Assembly: GCF_006345805.1 (NCBI RefSeq)
Contig: NC_043001.1
Location: 69,378,001-69,442,000, forward strand
Source of the DNA: Octopus sinensis
Taxonomy: Eukaryota
Direction: 5' to 3'
Length of the DNA stretch: 64,000 bases
Below the pieces are notes generated by a model, which saw only the letters and a program-made list of their open reading frames with translations, was not told the DNA's origin and ran no database searches. A program made the position numbers and the translations under genes. The number at the start of each line of letters is the position of its first letter. The stretch's first letter is position 1. This document shows, piece after piece, positions 56,010 to 64,000 of this stretch.

Positions 56010-56195
56010 TAAGAAATCACAACAACGCGAGGACGTGAAACAAGCATAGTGTTATTGGAGGCTCAGAAAAGGAAAGAAAGAAGGAGGATGTAACGTTTCA
56101 GGTGGAGCTCTTCGTCAAAAGTTTAGGAAAAGGAAAGATCCAAGGAAAGGAAGAGGGAGGAAAACAATCGCCAACGATACACTCGCGGTCACACA
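56010..56195 (-). repeat. pLTR-like repeat with decayed HHR core
   Basis: Minus strand TTGACGA-A-GAGC-TCC-ACCT-GAAAC-GTT at about 56092-56118, same layout as 1133-1160. Confidence 0.5.
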
Positions 56196-56243
<48 letters not shown>

Positions 56244-56286
56244 CATACTCCTATATACATATATGCATATATATATATGTATATAG

Positions 56287-56650
56287 GAGCGGCTCTGTGG
56301 TAAGTAGCTTGCTTACCAACCACATGATTCCGGGTTCAGTCCCACTGCTTGACAACCTCCGCTAGTGTCTTCTACTATAGCTTCGTGCCAACCAAAGCCT
56401 TGTGATTGGATTTTGTAGGCGGAAAATGAAAGAATCCCGTCGGTATTTATATAATATATATATATATAATATATATGTTTGTGTGGATATGTTTGCCCCC
56501 CCCCCTCGCTTGACAACCGATGTTGGTGCGCTTCCATCCCTTCAAGAGAGACCCATAGAATAAGTACTAGGATTACAAAGAATAAGTCCTTGTTTTGGAT
56601 TTGTCTGACTAAAGGCCTTGTTTCCGGCATGGCCGCAGTCAAATGAAATG
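56287..56650 (+). mobile_element. tRNA-derived SINE (octopus-type)
   Basis: A-box-like CGGCTCTGTGG, B-box-like GGTTCAGTCCC, (TA)n middle, TTGACAACCGATGTTGGTG and AGAATAAGTACTAGG body. Confidence 0.8.
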
Positions 56651-57035
56651 TATAGACTGATATATTAAACTATGGTGCGAAGAAACAAATCCACGTAACA
56701 TTCCCACTATCTCGATTACATTCACGATCATATAATGCTTTTCCTTGTAGATCGATTATATGTATTATATATATAATATATGCGTTGTGTATATATATAT
56801 ATATATTATATATATGTATGTATGTATATTATATATATATACATATATATAATATATATACACATTTTATATATACGCATGTTATTTATATGTATATATA
56901 TATAATATATAATATGTGTAAAATATATATATATATATATATATGTACATATATGTCTACACACTCGCACACACCACACACACACACACACAATATATAT
57001 ATTATATAATAATAGTATATATATATATATATAGA

Positions 57036-57066
<31 letters not shown>

Positions 57067-57569
57067 GTATTGCATACGGTCCTGACATTCATCACCGAAC
57101 CATCGAGCTATTCAACGTAAGGTCTTTTAAGAATCATAAAAAATTGGCAAAGATTGAATGAGACAAACATCCTTAGAATCCGGTTCCTGATGTCCACCCC
57201 GCCGACGAAATGATAATTCCTTATTGCACTGGAACGAAAATATATATAATAAACGCATGATAATACCCCATTTATGTTCTCGATGCTGATATTTTGTATT
57301 ATGTAAATGTGATTGTGCGACCACCTCCATTTGTTATTCATTGGTTTTTAAGAGAACGACAGCAAATACTTTATACGCAATTATGAACAAGCTTATTCAC
57401 TATGCGTTATGAGAGTTCATTAGAAAAACTCATGGAAAGTAATTAATATTTGCATGTACTATTAACTAAATGTGATTGTTTTGAATTAAGATGAAACAAT
57501 TACTGTTGTACATCCAAGTTGTAAAATGACTTGCTCATCTCATTCTTCTTATCTGCATATATACTTTTC

Positions 57570-58535
57570 ATCCCATAAATTATGTATTTTTTATACGTCA
57601 TTTATTTTTCAAAATTAAGATAGACGAAGTTCTTTTTTAGTCTAAAATATATTCTCCTTCATTTTCTACAATGCTCTCCCATCTACCTCATCAAAGCTCC
57701 ACTTCCAAAATTCACGTGTCCGTGACTAAAAATACTCCTCCAGTACCTACCTGACCTCGTCTACAGAATTCATATTTTTTCCGCCCAAATGATTTTAAAA
57801 ACTACGGAATAAAAGGTGATCAGATGGGACAGTGTCCGGTGAATATGTTGGGTAGGGCATTGTTGCCCATTCAAACTGCTTCAGCCTTTTGAATGTCATC
57901 CTCGCTGTATGTGGCCGAGCATTATACTGATGGAAGAAGACCTTTAGTCTTGAAACCAAGGATGGTCGTTTTTCTTCTAGTGCTGACTTAAACCATTGAA
58001 GCTACTCGCAGTGGATCTACTTTGTTATTGTTTGGTTTGGGTTTAAAAGTTGAAAGTGGACTAAACCATCCGTATCTTACCATATAACAACACCGTACGT
58101 GGGTAAAGCCTTGGTGCTCGTGTTTCTCCTTCTCCTACCCACTGTTTTTGGTGCTAGACATTTTTTTAGAGAACCTATTTCTCGTCACCAGTCACTATTG
58201 TGTCTTAAAATGGTTTATTCGTGAGATATGACTGTAAAGAATAGCACACATCCACTCTCTGCGTGTGATTAGACTCGAAAAGTTTGTGAGGAACACATCG
58301 ATCCAATTAGCTGTCTTTTCTTATGGCACGAAGGTATCGATGAATGGTTGAATGGCCAAATCCAAACTTCTGTGACAGTTCTTCAACAGTTACGATGGGA
58401 TTTTGTTCCATCAGGATTTGCAGAACGTCCTCGCCGAGCTCTACAAATCCTTCAAGACGAGGCTCGTCTTCTATGCTGTAATTCCCGGCTCGGAATTACT
58501 GGAAACACCGTTGGCACTGGCTTGCATTTGTTGTG
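57570..58535 (-). mobile_element. mariner (DD34D) transposon relic
   Basis: Minus strand FRAGNYSIEDEPR, VTRNR (decayed first D region), FFHQYNARPHTA, PYPTYSPDTVPSDHLLFRS. Confidence 0.9.
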
Positions 58536-58744
58536 CGATCCGTTATGTAGTAAGAGTTCAAATAAACTAGCTCCGAAAAGGTCTTTAATATGTTCCTAGA
58601 GTATATAGAACATAGGAAGAAATACTAATAAGTTATGTATACTAAAATCCTGATACTTGTTATGTAATAACAGGCTAGTCAGATATGAGATAATAACAGT
58701 TCAAAGTTATTATCTGTGAAAAAAAGCTTTTGTGCATTCCCAGA

Positions 58745-59212
58745 GAATATTACCCCCAGCAGCGCTAGTGTTGGTATATTCATGAATAAATCGCTAACCG
58801 AAATAAGTGGATCTATTGTTTAGGAGAATACTTTTAACTTTCTATTTCCTTTTTACCAAATAATTTACGAAGGAAGGTATGGATTAGTTCACTTGGAAGC
58901 TTAAAAACACTAATTTACGAAGGAGGGAATGGGTTACTTCCCATGAGAGCTTAAAATAATTACGACGCCGTTCAGCCGCGCTGAAATGTTATTCCTCCCA
59001 CCGTTTACCTGAACATTTTTCGAAATATATTTATACTTAAAACCTCCCCAAACACATAAGCAATGTGCATGCGAAGTTTAAGAAAAATCGGTGGCGCCGT
59101 TTTGGCGCAAAATGAGAACATACTGATACACACACACATGCACACACACACCCACACACACACACACACACACATCAACACAAACAGAAGCATTTTCAGT
59201 TATATATATATA
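58745..59212 (-). mobile_element. Probable non-autonomous Helitron-type element with internal ~51-bp tandem repeat
   Basis: Minus strand CCGATTTTTCTTAAACTTCGCATGCACATTGC resembles 31734-31770; GC hairpin remnant near 58755; TAATTTACGAAGGA repeated at 58861 and 58911. Confidence 0.6.
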
Positions 59213-59414
59213 TATAACAAAGTGGAGTTGTGGTGTACCGCACGAGTGGATTATATACGAAAGAAGGTTTGAAAATGCAATTTAAAAGATGTTTATTTAC
59301 TTACCGGTTTCACTCTATGAAAAGATTGTCAAAAGTAACATGTGGAAGTTTGGTTGCGTTAATTATTGGTTGTTGCAAATTGCTACATTACATATTATAC
59401 AGTCTTTGTAACAG

Positions 59415-59775
59415 GGACATGTTAAGGACATAAAAAAATTCAACAAGTTCCTTAAAATATTGGGCACAAAAATTACATAAATAATCGTTCTCAAGACATA
59501 CTTAAGATAGTTTCCAGAAGGAATTGATATTGGTATTGTATCTGTATATTCAAACATGCACAGAATATTGGTTGAGACAGAGTACTATAATCCATATAAA
59601 TATACATCCTTTGGTGACAACAGTATGTTGAGAATATAAAAAAGTTTAACAAGCTCATTGAAATAATGGGCAGAAAAGATTAAAACACATATAGTATACA
59701 TCTCAAGGTAATTTCCAGGAGGAATTATTAAAGAAAGTTCAGTATACAGACACGGAATATTATGAGTTCAAAAAG
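59415..59775 (+). repeat. Two diverged ~200-bp direct copies, possibly R4/Dong-like 3' remnants
   Basis: TAAAAAA.TT.AACAAG.TC.TT.AAATA.TGGGCA and TTTCCAG.AGGAATT occur twice. Confidence 0.5.
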
Positions 59776-61152
59776 ATTTACTTTATAATAGTGGTGAAGC
59801 TAGAACTGACCTGTCCGTTTTAGGAGAAATGTGGAACTGAAAATAATGTACCCTTTTTTTTTTTTTTTTGGGCTCTGCTTCAAGCATCAATGATTTTGGG
59901 GTCAGGATGAGGTGAGTGTTTGTGTCTTTGTGTGTATGTGTGTGTGCATACATACATATATGGTGTGAATAGATGTGTCTGTGTGTCTGTAAGATCTGGT
60001 AGGATGGTGTCTGTTTGTCAACCGCGTGTGTGGTTGTCTTGGTGTTGTGTGTGTGTATGTATGTATGTGTGTGGATGGCATTTGGCATGGTGCTGCGTGT
60101 GTATATGTGTGTCTGTATGGAGGTGAGATTGGTGTGAGTGTGTGTGTCCTTGTGTGCGAGCATATACATGTATACATGTGTTTGTGTGTTTGTGGGGGCT
60201 GTTTTTGATTGGTTCCAGGGTGGTGTAAATAGATGTGTGTTGTTTAAAGAATTTTTGGGGGTAGGATGGTGTGTGTATATGTGTGCCTGCTTGTGTGCGT
60301 GTGTGTGCGTGTATGTGTGTGGTTAATGTCTATTCGTGTGTTGCGCGTGCGCTAGTGTGTATGTGTCTGTTCGCATGCGTGTCCATGTCTGTTGGGTGTA
60401 TCCGTGTGGCATGCGTGTACATGTGCCCTGCGTATGTTGGCACTGAGTATGTGCCCGTGTGTGTGCGTGAATACGGTGTGGGTGCACGCGTCCTTGTGTG
60501 CGCATATACATGCATACACGTGTCTACGCGTGTGTGCGGGCAATACACACACTACATATGCATATATATATATATACATAAACACATATACACATCATGC
60601 ATATACACACCAAACACACACACACATCACACACACACACACACCACACACACACACCACACACACACACACATACAACACTATTATATATACAATACAC
60701 ACACACACACAACGCACACACATATAATACACACACACAACACACAAATATAAAATATTTATATATAATATACATATATATAACACACACACACAACACA
60801 CACACATATAACACACAAACACAACACACACACACATACATACACAATATATATACAACACATATACACCTAACCCATATATACATACAATACACACATA
60901 TATACACATATAAATACATACACACACAATGCACACACACACACAATGCACACACACACACACACACACAACACACACATACATAACATACATATATATA
61001 ATGTATGCGTGTGCGTGCCGTGTATGTGTGTGGTCAATGTCTGCTAGTGTGCTGCATGTGTGCTGATGCGTGCATGTGTTTGTTTGCATGATACGGTGCG
61101 AATGTGCGTGTGTCTTTGTGTGTTTGTTTTGGATGTGTGCCTGGGGGGTATG

Positions 61153-61372
61153 TTAGAGTATGTTTAGTTCTGGTCTGTATTTTTGAATAAGATTATTTTC
61201 CCTATTAATTCGTGTTTGGTCTGTGGTGTTGTCCGGGCATTGGTATAGTGGGAAGACTAAGAATTTGGGGGAATTATTGTGTGCACAAAGGTCTAAGTGT
61301 CCACTTAGTGGTATCTGTCTTGTGGATGGGTCCCACAGTTGTTGGCGGTGAACTGTCATTCTTCTCTGAGGC
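61153..61372 (-). pseudogene. PLE GIY-YIG endonuclease C-terminus
   Basis: RMTVHRQQ...PLSGHLDLCA...F.VFPLYQ...RINRENNLIQKYRPELN. Confidence 0.8.
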
Positions 61373-61412
<40 letters not shown>

Positions 61413-62187
61413 TTAGGAGCCTTAATTGTATAACTACATGAATAATATTTTCTATATGAATAATATTTTTGTCTTATGACTAATTCGTCTTTGTGCTGGG
61501 CACCTGGTAGTAAATAATATTACTACCCTTTTTGTTATATATATATATATATATAAGATATGTATAGAGAGAGACAAATAGATAGATGTATCTATATATT
61601 TACATGTATATAAGTGTACTTATATATGAATAAACAAACACACAAACACATATATATACACACACGTGTGTGTGTTTACTAATCATTGCATAAGTGTGTG
61701 TGCGGTTGCGCACGTGTATATGTGTGCGTTATTGCATAGTGCGTCAAAAGGATTAATGGGACCTATTCATTTGGGCGTGTGCTGTGATTTGTCCCATTTA
61801 TTTGAACTTACAACAGTAATCCATTGTCATGCCCTAAAAATGTGCAGTTTTATTTCTAGCAACATGGGGCATTACGTACTTTCATCGTAATACACCGGAA
61901 AGGACTACCGTAAACATTTTTGCAAACAGCTTGACTGGACAATGATTGTCAATGGAGTACAATACACACTAAGCGAACCTCACCACTAAAATGTTTTGTA
62001 AGTGGAAAAGTTAAAATCTTACCTTATTTTAGTTTTCCAAGTCGTCAAAGACGACTAATATAAACGAGCACTAGTTCTGAACGGAATGTTTCATCATGTT
62101 TGCGATTTCATTGCTCCTATTATCATGCCTGGACGAGAGCAATCTTTTGTTTGAAACCAGATGATCAAAAACTATTAAACTGTCGCT

Positions 62188-62452
62188 ATTCCTTAGATAT
62201 AACTCGACAAAATTAAAACATTTCACTACGGGTATTTCCGTGGGTTGTGGAGTATAGATATAACGAAGTTATGCCAGCAATGTCTCATTTTACACTTGAT
62301 GAAATAAAGCCTTGCATATTTGTACTTGCCTGTTTCATGTGTATATGTAAAATACGCAAATTTCAAAGCAGAAAACAGACTCGAATTGTCATTTGCATCC
62401 ACGGAAATACCCGGTGAAATTTTTTGATTTTGTCGAATTATATCGAAGGAAT
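62188..62452. repeat. Inverted repeat, ~57-bp arms, ~150-bp spacer
   Basis: TCGACAAAAT...TTTCAC..CGGGTATTTCCGTGG versus CCACGGAAATACCCGGTGAAA...ATTTTGTCGA. Confidence 0.8.
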
Positions 62453-62554
62453 GCCAAACTGTCTCTATAGATTCTTCTAATATTTGAAAATAAATCTAAA
62501 ATTTATAATAATTCACTGTGCGTATTTAAATATTTTGGAGTCTTCCAACACACA

Positions 62555-62622
<68 letters not shown>

Positions 62623-63084
62623 TATATATACAGTCACATACGAAACATACAAAGAGGGACAGACAGAAAGACAGAAAGACAGAAAGACTGACATACAGAG
62701 AAGGTATTCTTAATAATATGTTGGCTAAATTTAAAGATTTCTTTTTTTGCGTTAAGTGAGAGTATGTCAATAATATTCCTCCTCTGCATATGTACTTATT
62801 ATTGGATGTTTTTTGTAGTCACTCACTGTATATTTTAATACATACACTGTGTGATATATACAAAGGCACATATATATACACACACACTTACATTCACACA
62901 AGCACACACACACACACATATTATATATATATATATATCATATATATATATATATATATATAAATATACATATATATATATATATATATATAAATATACA
63001 TATATATATGTATATATATATTACATGTGTATATATATTATATATAATATAATATATATACATACATACATATATGTATGAATG

Positions 63085-63355
63085 TATGTGGCTTAGTTGT
63101 TCGGGCATACGGCTCACGATCGTATGGTCCCGATTTCGATTCCTGGTGGTGTGTTGTCTCCTTGAACGAAACAATTTATTTGACGTTGTTCTAGTCCACT
63201 CAACTGTCACACTGTGTGTGTCACGCTGATCTCTCTGAGAAGTATGCGAAGGGGTACTCGTGTCTGTGGGGTGCTCAGCCAATGATACGTTATCACACAA
63301 GCAAGGTGTTCCGTTAATCGGATCAACTGGAGCGTAAGTGACGGAGTGCCACTTA
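63085..63355 (+). mobile_element. tRNA-derived SINE, diverged
   Basis: A-box-like TGGCTTAGTTG, B-box-like ATTTCGATTCC, then a body ending CGTAAGTGACGGAGTGCCAC. Confidence 0.7.
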
Positions 63356-63366
63356 ATATATATATA

Positions 63367-63414
<48 letters not shown>

Positions 63415-64000
63415 TGTGTGTGTGTGTATATATATATATTTTGTGTGTGTGTGTATGTGTGTTTGTATGTGTGTGTGTGTTTGTATGTGTGCTTGTGTTC
63501 ATACCTATGTGTTTGTAGATATATATGTATACTTGTGCATGCATGTGCATTTGTATTTGTGAACACACACGCACACAACACACACACGCATATATATATA
63601 TATATATGCACACACAGAAATACAAATATATATATATGCGTAAAGAACTTTCCCATTGTCATAAGTAAAATTTAGGTAAATCAATCATTAGATTTTTGAT
63701 TTTGTATTCTACAACTACTTCAGAAAAGTAATTAGTTGAACTACTAGAAACTTTAATCACACTTGATGATTTATTTGACGAAATTATGACTTGACGTTTC
63801 TTCTTTGATTTTAATGAAGGAGCTAGAAATATTTATTAAGTCATTGAAGAGGATGTTAAGTTTCAGGAAACCCACTTGACAAATACTTTCAGATTTCCAT
63901 AGTTACTTTCAATGTAATTCAGTTACTGGAATGAAATTCTAAATTAATCACTTAGAAATAATATATTTTATACGTATTTACACAGGTATTTTCACGTATT

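Overview
AT-rich eukaryotic (metazoan) DNA dense in (TA)n, (CA)n, (GATA)n and (AAT)n microsatellites. The SINE repertoire resembles what I recall from Octopus/cephalopod genomes (inference, not a database result). I recognise no host protein-coding gene; the window looks intergenic or deep intronic, and most ORFs in the track are microsatellite or antisense artefacts. Supported content is almost all mobile DNA: a near-full-length RTE LINE (10241-13383), a 5'-truncated CR1-like LINE, R4/Dong-like LINE fragments, many Penelope-like element (PLE) fragments, a complete decayed Tc1 with TIRs, three mariner relics, Helitron-derived elements, tRNA-derived SINEs and a decayed 18S rRNA fragment. The most notable signal is non-coding: several unrelated short inverted repeats carry type I hammerhead ribozyme (HHR) cores. 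These include a 131-bp palindrome with a complete HHR core on each strand (25174-25304) and a head-to-head pair of tRNA-promoter + (AAT)n + HHR units (about 40645-41178). A ~310-bp unit also occurs in two circular permutations (27717-29676). All folds and alignments were done by eye, and boundaries of decayed elements are approximate.
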